Shown: positions 52,842 through 63,152 of the stretch, in pieces
Numbering within the stretch: position 1 is the stretch's first letter
Layout: every line of letters starts with the position of its first letter
Notes under the pieces: model-generated
Told to the model about the DNA's origin: nothing
The model's database searches: none
Seen by the model: the letters and a program-made list of their open reading frames with translations, nothing else
Source of the DNA: Mariniblastus sp.
GTDB taxonomy: Bacteria > Planctomycetota > Planctomycetia > Pirellulales > Pirellulaceae
Direction: 5' to 3'
DNA: 64,000 nucleotides
Assembly (NCBI GenBank): GCA_011523945.1
Contig: WTFU01000093.1
Location: forward strand, 39,385 to 103,384
Program-made: the position numbers and the translations under genes

Positions 52842-53564
52842 TTGAAAATAATGCGGCCAAGACCGGAAAAACTAAATGTCCTGTTTGAAGACAATCACTT
52901 ACTGGTTGTTAACAAACCTGCATTATTGCCAACGATGGGCGTTAAGGAAGGCGAGTTAAGCTTGCTCAGCCAATCTCGGCAATATATTAAAGATAAATAC
53001 GACAAACCCGGGAATGTGTACCTTGGGATCGTTAGCCGCCTCGACGCGTTTGTGAGCGGCGTAATCGTCCTTGCAAAAACCTCAAAAGCAGCCGGTCGGT
53101 TATCCGAGCAGTTTCGAAACCGTTCAGCCAACAAGACTTACTGGGCGATCGTTCCGGACGCTTTAAAGCAAGAAAGCGGAAAACTGGAAGACTGGGTAAT
53201 TAAAAATGAATCGCTTCACCGCATGACGGTCGTTCCCAAAGGGAAAAAATCCCCCGCTGGAGCGAAGGTTGCCCGCTTGAATTACAAAACCATAGGTATC
53301 GAGAGTTCCAATCGCCAAGCACCCACAAAATTAATCGAAATTAAGCTCGAAACAGGTCGAAAACACCAAATTCGCGTCCAACTTGAAAACGCAGGCGCCT
53401 CCATTGTGGGGGATCGGAAATATGGAAGCGATCTTCCCTTTAAGCGTGGAATCGCACTTCATTCCCGTGAACTCTCGATCGAGCACCCCACCAAACGGGT
53501 CATACAATCGTTTCAAGCGGAAACACCATCTTGGTGGAACATTCATCGGTATTCGTTATCATAA
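52842..53564 (+). CDS. RluA family pseudouridine synthase
   Basis: VVNKPALL, SRLDAFVSG (catalytic Asp), TGRKHQIRVQL, IVGDRKYG, LHS. Confidence 0.93.
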   Translation: MKIMRPRPEKLNVLFEDNHLLVVNKPALLPTMGVKEGELSLLSQSRQYIKDKYDKPGNVYLGIVSRLDAFVSGVIVLAKTSKAAGRLSEQFRNRSANKTYWAIVPDALKQESGKLEDWVIKNESLHRMTVVPKGKKSPAGAKVARLNYKTIGIESSNRQAPTKLIEIKLETGRKHQIRVQLENAGASIVGDRKYGSDLPFKRGIALHSRELSIEHPTKRVIQSFQAETPSWWNIHRYSLS

Positions 53565-53647
53565 AAAGTGTTCCTAGTTCCCCAGCAACGCTTTTTTCTC
53601 ACCCATAATATTCGGTCGATGGTTGCGTTTAAAGCATTGAGTTTTGT

Positions 53648-55027
53648 ATGAACACCACCCAAACAAATTTTCGCGAAACTGCGCTCGCCAGTGAACTGGT
53701 GACCGAAGAGCAATTGCGGAATGCAATGAACGAATTAGCGAAAACGCAAGATGGCGATTCGTCGGGTTCAGCAACACTTAGTGAAAAGAGAATCGCTCAG
53801 CAACTCGTTGAAATGAAAGTGATTTCTGCCTATCAGGCGGATCAATTACTAACCGGTCGAACAAAACTCAACCTTGGTCCTTACATCATCACCGATTGGA
53901 TTGGTCAAGGTGGAATGGGACAGGTCTTCAAAGCCGTTCACGAAATGCTCGGCCGAGAATCTGCCGTCAAAGTATTACCACTCCACAAGACGACCCCTGA
54001 GGCAATCGAGAACTTCCGGCGGGAGATTCGAGCTCAGGCAAAACTGGATCACCCCAATCTTGTCCGAGCCTTCGATGCGGGTGAAGATGGAAACGTTCAC
54101 TACCTCGTAGTCGAATATATTCCGGGCACAGATCTACGGCGACTCGTTCGCTCAAAAGGGAAACTCTCGGTCCAGCAAGCAGCTAACATTATCAAACAAT
54201 CTGCCGAAGGGCTCGCTCATGCACATGAACGTGATTTGATTCATCGCGATATTAAGCCCGGCAACATCCTTGTCACCCCCGATGGAGTTTCCAAACTATC
54301 TGACCTTGGACTGGCGTTTTACCTTAACGACGCCACCGATCCGAGAGCGGGAAAGATCGTCGGCACCGCTGACTACCTCTCGCCAGAACAAATCCGCACT
54401 CCGCAACACATTACCAGTGCCAGTGATATTTATTCGCTTGGCTGCACCCTGTACTACGCAGTTACAGGGAAAGTCCCTTTTCCAGGCGGCACCCCCAAAA
54501 GTAAAGCCAGGAGACATTTGGAAGAAACACCGTGGCATCCAAGACGGTTCAACGAAGAAGTCAGTGATGACTTTGTCGACCTGATTGGTGACATGATGGA
54601 AAAAGATCCCAAAGAACGAATTCAGTCCGCTGAAGAAGTCGCCGAACGTCTCGCTCCATGGGCGGCTGACGATAGCCCGCTTCTGCGAGAAGACATGGGC
54701 GACCGACCTCGCTGGATGCCCGAACCGATTGGGTCACCGGATGCTCAGGACACCGATCCCGATGACGCCGTTACTGAAATGGCGATGCACGAAATAAGCG
54801 ACACTTCGCAAAGCAGCATCCACGGTACAATGTCTGATGACAATTCGATCTCAGGCCAACACAACAAACCCCCACCACCGCTTTCGACGGTCGAACAGTA
54901 TAAAACTGCGGGTAGGCTTGACGATGCGATCACCTTCTCTTTATCAGCACTGTTCGTCACGGCCGTCGTATGCCTCTCCATCGGTATTCTTGTCGGCTTC
55001 ATCGCCGGCTTCTTGATGGCGAAATAA
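53648..55027 (+). CDS. Ser/Thr protein kinase (intact motifs) with a C-terminal TM helix
   Basis: IGQGGMGQVFKA, AVKVL, HRDIKPGNIL, DLGLA, YLSPEQ, DIYSLG. Confidence 0.95.
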   Translation: MNTTQTNFRETALASELVTEEQLRNAMNELAKTQDGDSSGSATLSEKRIAQQLVEMKVISAYQADQLLTGRTKLNLGPYIITDWIGQGGMGQVFKAVHEMLGRESAVKVLPLHKTTPEAIENFRREIRAQAKLDHPNLVRAFDAGEDGNVHYLVVEYIPGTDLRRLVRSKGKLSVQQAANIIKQSAEGLAHAHERDLIHRDIKPGNILVTPDGVSKLSDLGLAFYLNDATDPRAGKIVGTADYLSPEQIRTPQHITSASDIYSLGCTLYYAVTGKVPFPGGTPKSKARRHLEETPWHPRRFNEEVSDDFVDLIGDMMEKDPKERIQSAEEVAERLAPWAADDSPLLREDMGDRPRWMPEPIGSPDAQDTDPDDAVTEMAMHEISDTSQSSIHGTMSDDNSISGQHNKPPPPLSTVEQYKTAGRLDDAITFSLSALFVTAVVCLSIGILVGFIAGFLMAK

Positions 55028-55058
55028 CACTGACTTAACCAATCACAATGGCATGAAC

Positions 55059-56270
55059 TTAATACTGTCCTAATACGGGGATAACCTCTGTTTGCAGTCC
55101 GCCAGTGACATTTACCTGTGAATCCGCGTCGATAAACACATTGATTTCGCTACGTATTCCAAATTTCTCCAGGTAGATCCCCGGCTCAATCGAGAAGCAC
55201 GTCAGCGGGAGAACGAGACGGTCTTCCTTTGTTTCTAAGTCATCCATATGGGCACCGTTGCCGTGGGTTTCCGTCCCAATATTATGGCCTGTTCGGTGGA
55301 TAAAGTACTCCCCGTATCCGGCATCTTCAATTACCTGGCGCGTCGCGCGATCGACTTCCCACCCCTGCAACTCTCGACCTTCGGCAAAAGCACTCCTCGC
55401 ACAATCGATTCCCGCATCACGGGCGGCAGCTACGATGTCAAAGATCTTTTTGTATTCTTCTGGAACACTCTCTCCCATGAAACCAACCTTCGTGAGATCG
55501 CTGTAAACACCTTCGGGAACATCCATCTTCGCCCACATGTCCAGCAACACAAAATCCCCTACTTTAATTTCAGCATCGGCTCCATGTGAAGGACAATAAT
55601 GTGGATCGCCGCTATTTGCATTGACGCCGACAATTGGCGGGTGGTAGGTCGTCATACCATGCTCGGCATAGTAATCCATCACGTAGTCTTGCACCTCAGC
55701 TTCGCGAATCGCTTTGCCACTGCGAAGACTTTCGGCGATCAACTTCCAAGCTTCATCAAATGCCGCACGATTCAATTCATCAGCCCGCAAATGAAGGTCC
55801 CACTGCTTGTCCGTCCATCTTGCTTCAAAATTCTGAATTAGATTTCCGGAGCTTACCACCTCGACACCTAGTCCCCTTACCAACTCCACGGTTCCTGCGT
55901 CCACCCTCGAAATATAAGGATTGGCATTATCTGGAGAATACTCCATCGCAACTTGCCCACACTCTCCAACCATTTCCTTCAAACCGTCGTGCAATTCCTG
56001 CCAAGTCAGATATACAATTTTTTTCCCCAGCAAGTGATCCAATGCAGACGATTCAATACGATGCACGAGCTTTACGGGCTCACCCTGAGCAGGAATAAAG
56101 TAAAAGAACCGTCGCGAACCTTTCTCTGATTCAGAGATCCCTAAAACATTTAGCGCTAAAGGATTCAAGCCACGAAAATCGTATAATAGCCAACCGTCAA
56201 AACCAAAATCCCGGATTGAGTCTTGGATTGAATTCAGTTGAAATTTCCGACTAGATTTTGAATTTGTCAT
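55059..56270 (-). CDS. M24 family (Xaa-Pro) aminopeptidase
   Basis: LLDMWAK...SDLT, HRTGHNIG, FSIEPGIY, GIRSEIN. Confidence 0.92.
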   Translation of the reverse strand: MTNSKSSRKFQLNSIQDSIRDFGFDGWLLYDFRGLNPLALNVLGISESEKGSRRFFYFIPAQGEPVKLVHRIESSALDHLLGKKIVYLTWQELHDGLKEMVGECGQVAMEYSPDNANPYISRVDAGTVELVRGLGVEVVSSGNLIQNFEARWTDKQWDLHLRADELNRAAFDEAWKLIAESLRSGKAIREAEVQDYVMDYYAEHGMTTYHPPIVGVNANSGDPHYCPSHGADAEIKVGDFVLLDMWAKMDVPEGVYSDLTKVGFMGESVPEEYKKIFDIVAAARDAGIDCARSAFAEGRELQGWEVDRATRQVIEDAGYGEYFIHRTGHNIGTETHGNGAHMDDLETKEDRLVLPLTCFSIEPGIYLEKFGIRSEINVFIDADSQVNVTGGLQTEVIPVLGQY

Positions 56271-56459
56271 ACGAAAGCTCTTTCGAAACCATATTTTTTT
56301 TTGAATAATCCAAGCTACTTTACCCCATCTTAATAGAACGCGGTAAAATCAGGCTGTATTACTTAAACGATGAAACTCTGGCTCCACAAAAAAATCGTGA
56401 GTACGAACCGTGGAGTTCCCATCCAACTGCGAATCCTGAAATTTCCACCTAGGTAAGTC

Positions 56460-57530
56460 ATGAAATTCCGTTCAATTAAACCGCACCAATTTATTGGCCT
56501 CGTAATAATAACTTCTATGCTTCTTACTGCGAACACCGGTAAAGCCCAGGAGGATGCCGGAACCGCGACCGAATCGGGGAACCGAGCGAAGCCTGCCGAA
56601 CAGATACCCGGCAATTTCATTCGATTTCACATGTGGGACGGATCGATTGTTGCGGGGCAAGTAACCATTGACGTTGTCTCGATAAAAACGGAGTTCGGAG
56701 TCCTTGAAGTTCCGGTAGCCCGAATTAAGAAACTGTTTCCCGGTTTAAATAGCTTTCCGGAACTGGACAAGAAAATCAAAGACCTCATCACTCAACTGAG
56801 CGATAAAGATTTCGCTATGCGGGAAACTGCCCAGCGCGAATTGACGAATATGGGACTTCAAATTAGAGAACAACTTGCAGAAGTTAGTTCCGACGGGGGT
56901 GCCGAGCAAAAAAAGCGATTGGCAGAAATTAGACAAGCAATCGAGGAAGAATTCGAAGACGCTGAAGAAAATGGAGAAAGCTCGGAACGGGCATTGATTC
57001 GAGGGGACTCAATCGATACTCCGGAATTTAATATTGTCGGAAAAATCTTGCAGGAAACCTTCACCGTCAACAGTAAATTTGGACAACTCACAGTCGAGCT
57101 AAGCGACGTTAAAATGGCGGATCGCCCGGTTCTGGAAAAAAAATCCGCGACTAAGAAAAATGTGAAAATTGAATCCGATGCGTTCTTCCAGCGAACACCA
57201 GCCAACACACGTATCCGAGTCACCAAAGGAGACAAGATCTCCATCAAAGCCGATGGAGTCGTGCAATGGACTAACTGGAGTACCTCATCTACGCCAGAAG
57301 GATTGACCAACCAGGGGCAATTTCAGGGAATTCAAAGCGGCACGCTGTGCGCGAGAATTGGTTCTTCAGGAAAGATATTTAAAATTGGAAAAGCGTATAC
57401 CGGGGTAGCCAAGCAATCAGGAACGCTCTATCTGGGTATCGCGATACAAGATTCTTATGTTCAGCAAAACTACCGATGGACTGGAAATTACAATGCTAAA
57501 ATTCGCATCACACCGCCTGAGGCAGAATAA
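56460..57530 (+). CDS. Secreted hypothetical protein with a HEAT-like helix pair and a C-terminal beta-sandwich (LecA/PA-IL-like?)
   Basis: Signal peptide; SDKDFAMRETAQREL; C-terminus KGDKISIKADG...GTLCARIG...GTLYLGI. Confidence 0.7.
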   Translation: MKFRSIKPHQFIGLVIITSMLLTANTGKAQEDAGTATESGNRAKPAEQIPGNFIRFHMWDGSIVAGQVTIDVVSIKTEFGVLEVPVARIKKLFPGLNSFPELDKKIKDLITQLSDKDFAMRETAQRELTNMGLQIREQLAEVSSDGGAEQKKRLAEIRQAIEEEFEDAEENGESSERALIRGDSIDTPEFNIVGKILQETFTVNSKFGQLTVELSDVKMADRPVLEKKSATKKNVKIESDAFFQRTPANTRIRVTKGDKISIKADGVVQWTNWSTSSTPEGLTNQGQFQGIQSGTLCARIGSSGKIFKIGKAYTGVAKQSGTLYLGIAIQDSYVQQNYRWTGNYNAKIRITPPEAE

Positions 57531-57556
57531 GACAACCACAATCAGCTAGATATCTC

Positions 57557-58690
57557 TTACCTGATTTTTGGTAATGCGAGCGGTTCTGTTGCATTGGCAG
57601 GGGGAGAATCTAAGGGCATTTCCAACTCCTCGTCGTTCCCCGTGGCTTTTCGCTTCACGGTGATTCGAATTGTTTCGCCTGCCTCGAATCGATTGATGAG
57701 CTGTTTCAATCGCAGCATATCGTTGACCGGATTGCCATTAATACTTAGGAGAATGTCTCCCTCTTTTAATTCCAATCGGCTCGCGGGAGATTTAGGATTC
57801 ACCTTGTTCACAAGGATTCCATCACCCTGTGGATTGGGACCGGATTGAATACCTATAAATGCGGGACGAATATAATCGCCGGCCATCAATCGCTCCAAAA
57901 GTTCATTCGCATTCGCTAGTGGAATAGCAAAACCGATTCCCGAGTCATACCACTCCACTCCCGCCGCTACGGCCTGAGACTGAGGATTCATAGGCACGCA
58001 AATGCCAAGCACGCGTCCCTCGATATCGACCAGAGGTCCGCCGTAATTGGCGGGACTGATATTGGCATCGGTTTGAATCGCGCGACCGCCAATTCTATTC
58101 TTTGCACTAATAATTCCCGTGGACATTGCTGGGCTGGTATCGCCATAACCAACCCCTAGCGAAATTGCCCATTGACCAACCTTGATCTTGGACTCATCCA
58201 ACATTTCCGGAACGGGTAAATCCGTCTTTCCATCAATTTTCAACAGACAAATTTTTCGGGTGTCATCGCGGCCAACCAGTTTGGCAAAATGACGCTCACC
58301 GTCTCCCAGAATAACTGAGATTACCGGCGGCCTTTGAATGAAATTAAATGTGCTTGTAAGAATGTATCCATCTGGAGAAATAACGATTCCGGTTGTATTC
58401 CCCTCTCCCTGCTTTCGAATACCTCCGATCCGTCCTTGAACTGCTGAAACTCCGCCGTACGATTCAATAGTCACCAAGGATGGTGCAACTCGACCAGCCG
58501 CTTTGCGAAAAGCCCTAGAGGTAAGCGCCATTGCTTCTATCAACTCCACTTCGGATAGCTCAGAAGCCGCCGAATCAGATTCATCAATCTTCCATTGATC
58601 GTTGTCGTTTTGAGCAAGCGCGAACGCGAATGGATTAAACAACAGCCCAAACAAGCCGCCAACGATCAAGTACAAAATTTTACCAGGCAT
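57557..58690 (-). CDS. HtrA/S1C trypsin-like + PDZ protein, predicted catalytically dead
   Basis: Trypsin fold with all three triad positions substituted: ILTSTFN, DTRKICLLKI, SPANYGG. One PDZ domain. Confidence 0.85.
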   Translation of the reverse strand: MPGKILYLIVGGLFGLLFNPFAFALAQNDNDQWKIDESDSAASELSEVELIEAMALTSRAFRKAAGRVAPSLVTIESYGGVSAVQGRIGGIRKQGEGNTTGIVISPDGYILTSTFNFIQRPPVISVILGDGERHFAKLVGRDDTRKICLLKIDGKTDLPVPEMLDESKIKVGQWAISLGVGYGDTSPAMSTGIISAKNRIGGRAIQTDANISPANYGGPLVDIEGRVLGICVPMNPQSQAVAAGVEWYDSGIGFAIPLANANELLERLMAGDYIRPAFIGIQSGPNPQGDGILVNKVNPKSPASRLELKEGDILLSINGNPVNDMLRLKQLINRFEAGETIRITVKRKATGNDEELEMPLDSPPANATEPLALPKIR

Positions 58691-58735
58691 ACACCTCTAC
58701 TCCATCTAAGGGACTCATGTCGCTCTACCGAAGAG

Positions 58736-59752
58736 TCATTTCTTCAAACGCGGAGCAATCCTAACACGCACCATTTCAACACCGCGTTTCACAATCATTA
58801 ATACCTCCTCTTCAGGGCGTAAAGATTTAAGAGACTCAGCGTAATCTTTTAAATTGCCAATTTTCTCACCGGCAATCGATACGATCATGTCGTCGCTCTT
58901 TAGTTTGGCTTGGGCTGCAGGTGATCCGCGAACGACTCGATCAATATAGGCAGGATTATTCCTCCCACCAAGCTTGAACAAGACGATTCCAAATTCAACG
59001 TCCTGCCGCTCCATGACCGGCTTAACATCGCTGGTCACGCTCGCTTTCCCATCTACAAATGCCTTGAGCACTGGACTTGGCACGGCATAATTGAGTCGCG
59101 TGTTGGTCTCCGAACTATTGATAATCTTGCCTACGATCCCAACCAACTTCCCGTCAGGCGTTACTACCGCGCCACCCGATGCCCCAGGATTACTGGTAAT
59201 CGCATCAATTAGAATCAACTCCCCGCGATAGGCCACATCTCGTTTGGTCAGTCGGGCCTCCATCGTCGTCCGCAATGATATCACGCCCAGCATTGCCGAA
59301 ACCGGTTCATCTTTATCAGCCACCTTAAACGCGTTACTTAAGGCAATTACCCAGTCTCCCTTTTCACCAACGGATTCTGCTGAAAGCTCAAAAAAATTAG
59401 GCGTATCTGCTTGGATCTTCAGCAACGACAACTGTGTCTCTCGATCACGTTTTAGAATGGTCGCAATATGCTCCGCACCGTCAGCCAGTACCACTTTAAC
59501 CTGCCTGCCATCGAGAAAAACACCCTGCGAAGAAAGGATTAGCCCGTCCTTCGAGACAATAATCCCGGTCGCAAACCCCTCAACTTTTCCAGCCGAAGCC
59601 CCGAATACCTTGGCCATTTTTGGCTGTGACTTCGATATCGCTCGGTTAACAAAACTAGACTGACTTTTCTGCTGTGCGACAGCAAGTTGGTTGCCGGTTA
59701 TCTGCAACGCACAGCCAACCAAAATCGCTATCCGCCAACCGAATCTATTCAA
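58736..59752 (-). CDS. HtrA/S1C trypsin-like + PDZ protein, predicted inactive or atypical
   Basis: ILSSQGV (no His), ETQLSLLKI (no Asp), NPGASGG (Ser kept); one PDZ domain. TTG start after GAGGAG. Confidence 0.85.
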   Translation of the reverse strand: MNRFGWRIAILVGCALQITGNQLAVAQQKSQSSFVNRAISKSQPKMAKVFGASAGKVEGFATGIIVSKDGLILSSQGVFLDGRQVKVVLADGAEHIATILKRDRETQLSLLKIQADTPNFFELSAESVGEKGDWVIALSNAFKVADKDEPVSAMLGVISLRTTMEARLTKRDVAYRGELILIDAITSNPGASGGAVVTPDGKLVGIVGKIINSSETNTRLNYAVPSPVLKAFVDGKASVTSDVKPVMERQDVEFGIVLFKLGGRNNPAYIDRVVRGSPAAQAKLKSDDMIVSIAGEKIGNLKDYAESLKSLRPEEEVLMIVKRGVEMVRVRIAPRLKK

Positions 59753-59806
59753 TTTAGTTTCTCCTCAAAACAACCGATGCACCCTAAACTATGTTCCTTA
59801 AGGCAT

Positions 59807-61666
59807 TCACTTCGTTTGGGCATTCGCGTAAAACAAATCATCTGGCACAGTCTTCAGCCACTCGAAATCCGAATCGATCACTTGCCGTTCGACACTTTCC
59901 TCAAGTCCAAAAACTCTCTGACGTTTGAGCGGCAACTGCACAGGTCCGACCTGTGTCCACGATTCAAAAGTAGTGCCTCCACCAATCAAGCAGTCTCTCT
60001 CAAAAGAAGATTTGACCAAATTAATGTTTGGTTTCCCGTCGAGGTCAAACATGGAAAACCAGCAGTACATTGAGTCACCCTCGGATGGATCGACCTTAAA
60101 GCGATAAGCATTTGCGCCAATGGCTTTATCACTTCCATCTATCAGGACTTTCCCAAATAAGTCAAACGGCTTCTGCCGAAAAACAGCGCTCATCATTAAT
60201 GCCTGATCAAAGCCCCACTTTGACTGTGATTCACGCAAAGACAATTCTGACGTCTTACCTTCCTCGGTCAGCCAAAAAGAATCGCCATCGTACTGATAAA
60301 CAACCAGTTGACCGTCAATGGTCTGGTCGACACGAATCCGACCGTCCGAAGCCAGCCAAGTCTCTTGAGTTCCCTTTACTTTGCCATCCTCTAAAATTTC
60401 ACCTGCCAACTTTACAACGCCGATAGAAAATTCTTGATGAATACGTTCTTTCCACTGCTTGAGGATTTGCTGAGCGTAGCCTCGATTAATTTCTGGGTAA
60501 CGGATATCACCAGGATTTGCTGACAGCAGCGCAATCATCTCTCGCTGACGTTCCAGTTGCTTCTTTTTTTCCGGATCTTTCTCCTCTTTACCACCCTGTC
60601 CGCCGCGAACGCGAGGCTTGGCATACGGGAGACCAAACGTCCGCACCACGATTTGATGTTCAGTTCCATCTTGTTTTCGAATCAAAAGCTCGGTAGGCCA
60701 ATCTTCGGGCAATGTACAGATTAAATTAGTAAACTGATTGGCGTTTTTGACCTTCTCCCCTTCGAACTCCAACAGCTCATCTCCCAGATCAAGCCCCGCT
60801 GCTGCGACTGGAGCGTCTCGATTTAATTTTGAGCAAACAACTTTTCCTCCGCGATCAGAAAAACTCGCATCGAGTGTCGCATGCTCCACTAACTTGGTGG
60901 CTAATAGATCAGGAATAAAGTTCTTTATTTGGTTCGCAGAAATAGCGTAACCCAATCCAACATTCACTCGGCCCCGTTCCTTAAAACTCCCTCGTCCATT
61001 AATTCCAATCACTTCGCCATTGAAATTGAACAATGGACCGCCGGAATTCCCCGGATTGATCGATGAGTCCACCTGGATGCAGTTACCGTAAACCAGTTGA
61101 TTCTTCCCCGCTCCCGGTTGATAGCGCTTCACGCCACTTACAATTCCCAGCGTAACAGTAGGAACTTGATCTTCCGTCAATATAAAAGGATTGCCCATAG
61201 CTAGAGCCCAATCGCCCACCTTGACCTTATCGGAGTTCCCGAGAGGAGTTGCGGGAAAGACGGACTTTCCTTCCAACTGAATGATGGCAAGATCCCCGCC
61301 CGGATCCGTTCCGATCAATTTCCACTTGTACAATTCGCCATCGGCGAGTCCACCCCATCCTTTCACACCCGCTCCCATGATGACATGGTGGTTGGTTAAA
61401 ACGATACCGCTGGGATCGATAATCACACCCGAACCACCGCCCTGGCGATCTTCGTCATAGATGGCAACGACACTTTGGATCACTCGATTGATCGCTTGAA
61501 TCCGGTAACGCTCAATCGCTGCGACGCGCTGTCGGTCTTGCAGACTCAAATCGTCGTCAGCATTCAGGTAGCAAAGGGGAGCAATTAAAATGCACACGAG
61601 CCAAGAAAAAACAATACGAACCTCGAGGTGCTGCTTGATCATAATTTCACTTATCCATAAAGCCAA
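59807..61666 (-). CDS. HtrA/S1C serine protease with intact triad, PDZ and an extra C-terminal domain
   Basis: LTNHHV, GGDLAII, SINPGNSGGPL, PDZ, and about 250 aa of beta-rich C-terminal extension. Confidence 0.9.
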   Translation of the reverse strand: MALWISEIMIKQHLEVRIVFSWLVCILIAPLCYLNADDDLSLQDRQRVAAIERYRIQAINRVIQSVVAIYDEDRQGGGSGVIIDPSGIVLTNHHVIMGAGVKGWGGLADGELYKWKLIGTDPGGDLAIIQLEGKSVFPATPLGNSDKVKVGDWALAMGNPFILTEDQVPTVTLGIVSGVKRYQPGAGKNQLVYGNCIQVDSSINPGNSGGPLFNFNGEVIGINGRGSFKERGRVNVGLGYAISANQIKNFIPDLLATKLVEHATLDASFSDRGGKVVCSKLNRDAPVAAAGLDLGDELLEFEGEKVKNANQFTNLICTLPEDWPTELLIRKQDGTEHQIVVRTFGLPYAKPRVRGGQGGKEEKDPEKKKQLERQREMIALLSANPGDIRYPEINRGYAQQILKQWKERIHQEFSIGVVKLAGEILEDGKVKGTQETWLASDGRIRVDQTIDGQLVVYQYDGDSFWLTEEGKTSELSLRESQSKWGFDQALMMSAVFRQKPFDLFGKVLIDGSDKAIGANAYRFKVDPSEGDSMYCWFSMFDLDGKPNINLVKSSFERDCLIGGGTTFESWTQVGPVQLPLKRQRVFGLEESVERQVIDSDFEWLKTVPDDLFYANAQTK

Positions 61667-61727
61667 CTGCTCATTTCACCAAGATTCGATGAACCAACTT
61701 TCAAATGATCGGAGAGTGCAATCAACC

Positions 61728-63047
61728 CTATTTAGTTTTTAAAAACCGAGCTTCGCCCCAGTTGGCATGATCGCCCAAATCAAACTCCGCTCCAGGAGAC
61801 ACCACCAGAACGATCTCCTTAATTCCCTCAATATCAACATCTATTTCCAAGGGACCTCCACCGCCGGTCACTCGTTCAGACCAGAGTTCGATTCCATCAC
61901 CACGAACAATCATTTGGCAATCGCCGCGCCCATTGGTTTCAGCGGCAATTCCCGCAATCGCAGAGAATCGGTCAAAACCTGATTCATTTGCAAATACCAG
62001 CCTTGACGAGGCCTGCACTCCTAATCCTTTTTTGAATGTTCTGACTTCCTCAGAATCCTTCAGTCGTATCTCAAGTGGATTACCCGCAACACTCAAGTTC
62101 CTCTTCCAAGGCCGTTGAAAGGCAAAGACCGCCTTCTCTTGAACCTCAAGCGGTTCCTGTTCGGAGAGATACCTCAACCGATCTGACTTAATCGTGATCG
62201 AACTAACGTTTCCCGCCAAAACTTCAATCGTATTTCCTGCTGCGACTCCAACTTGGAAAACTCCACCCTCCAGTTCAAGGATTTCACCGACCATTCGAGA
62301 ACCATCCACTAGCTGGATCAAAGCGATCGTTTCTGTTGGTTTTTCAAGGCCTAGATCCGCTGTGATAATTGCTTTCACTTTCTCAAGACCAATCTTCTTT
62401 GACTCACCTTTGTACTCAAGCCTCACAAATTCTGAATCAACCGCTTCCAGTATCCCCTCAACCATCCTCTCGCCAGAGGAGGTGTTTACGACCACAGTAT
62501 CAAAGTCAGCAGAGGGATTTTTAATTTTTCGATCGACCAATGGCGAGTTCGTCCAAACAATTGCACGTAACAATTCGAGCGGCAGTTCACGCGATTTAAG
62601 AGACGAAACCAATTCAAGTTTTTCATCCTCCATCGAAACAGAGCTTACCCACAATTCTCCTCCCCCGACCAATTTTAAATTAGCACCATCAGCTGGAGTG
62701 TCGCTAGTTTTCCTTGCGGTATTGATGGACAGCACCTGCTGGACATTTAAGTCTGGCGGTAATTTATCTCCCTCAATCTCGCCCCCCGATGCAATCGCCT
62801 TTATCGAAGAATTGATGGTTTTGCCGTTAATCAATTCGATAGACACTCGGCCTAGATCGTTATCCTGTGTCGATGCGGTTGCAGGAGCAACAAGCCAATT
62901 TCCGCAGAAACCTTCTGACGAAATAAAATCACCTAGGCAAACACCAACCAGAATCCCCGTCCAAGCCAGTAACCTATTGGAAGAGAAAAAACAGCCGTTC
63001 AGATTATTGTTTTGCAGTCGAATCTTCATGCTGTTATTGTATCTCAC
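61728..63047 (-). CDS. Secreted NPCBM/NEW2 domain protein
   Basis: C-terminal FKKGLGVQASSRL...FSAIAGI...VRGDGIELW...IDVDIEGIKEIVLVV...DHANWGEARF is the NPCBM pattern. Confidence 0.85.
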   Translation of the reverse strand: MRYNNSMKIRLQNNNLNGCFFSSNRLLAWTGILVGVCLGDFISSEGFCGNWLVAPATASTQDNDLGRVSIELINGKTINSSIKAIASGGEIEGDKLPPDLNVQQVLSINTARKTSDTPADGANLKLVGGGELWVSSVSMEDEKLELVSSLKSRELPLELLRAIVWTNSPLVDRKIKNPSADFDTVVVNTSSGERMVEGILEAVDSEFVRLEYKGESKKIGLEKVKAIITADLGLEKPTETIALIQLVDGSRMVGEILELEGGVFQVGVAAGNTIEVLAGNVSSITIKSDRLRYLSEQEPLEVQEKAVFAFQRPWKRNLSVAGNPLEIRLKDSEEVRTFKKGLGVQASSRLVFANESGFDRFSAIAGIAAETNGRGDCQMIVRGDGIELWSERVTGGGGPLEIDVDIEGIKEIVLVVSPGAEFDLGDHANWGEARFLKTK

Positions 63048-63085
63048 ATTCGATTAAATGTCTTGAGAGCAAGAGACCAAGACAC

Positions 63086-63122
63086 AATAAAAAACGGCAC
63101 TCCCCACATTGGGCAGTGCCGT
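63086..63122 (-). terminator. Intrinsic terminator after the extended TPR gene
   Basis: Minus strand ACGGCACT-GCCCAATGTGGGG-AGTGCCGT-TTTTTATT: an 8-bp stem plus T-run, 30 nt after TAA 63153. Confidence 0.8.
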
Positions 63123-63152
63123 ATTAGTTATCTCAACTGACGAAAATAGCAG

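Noticed and set aside
62194-63057. 287-aa plus-strand ORF
   Set aside because: It is the antisense shadow of the NPCBM gene, Ser/Thr-rich with no recognisable motifs.
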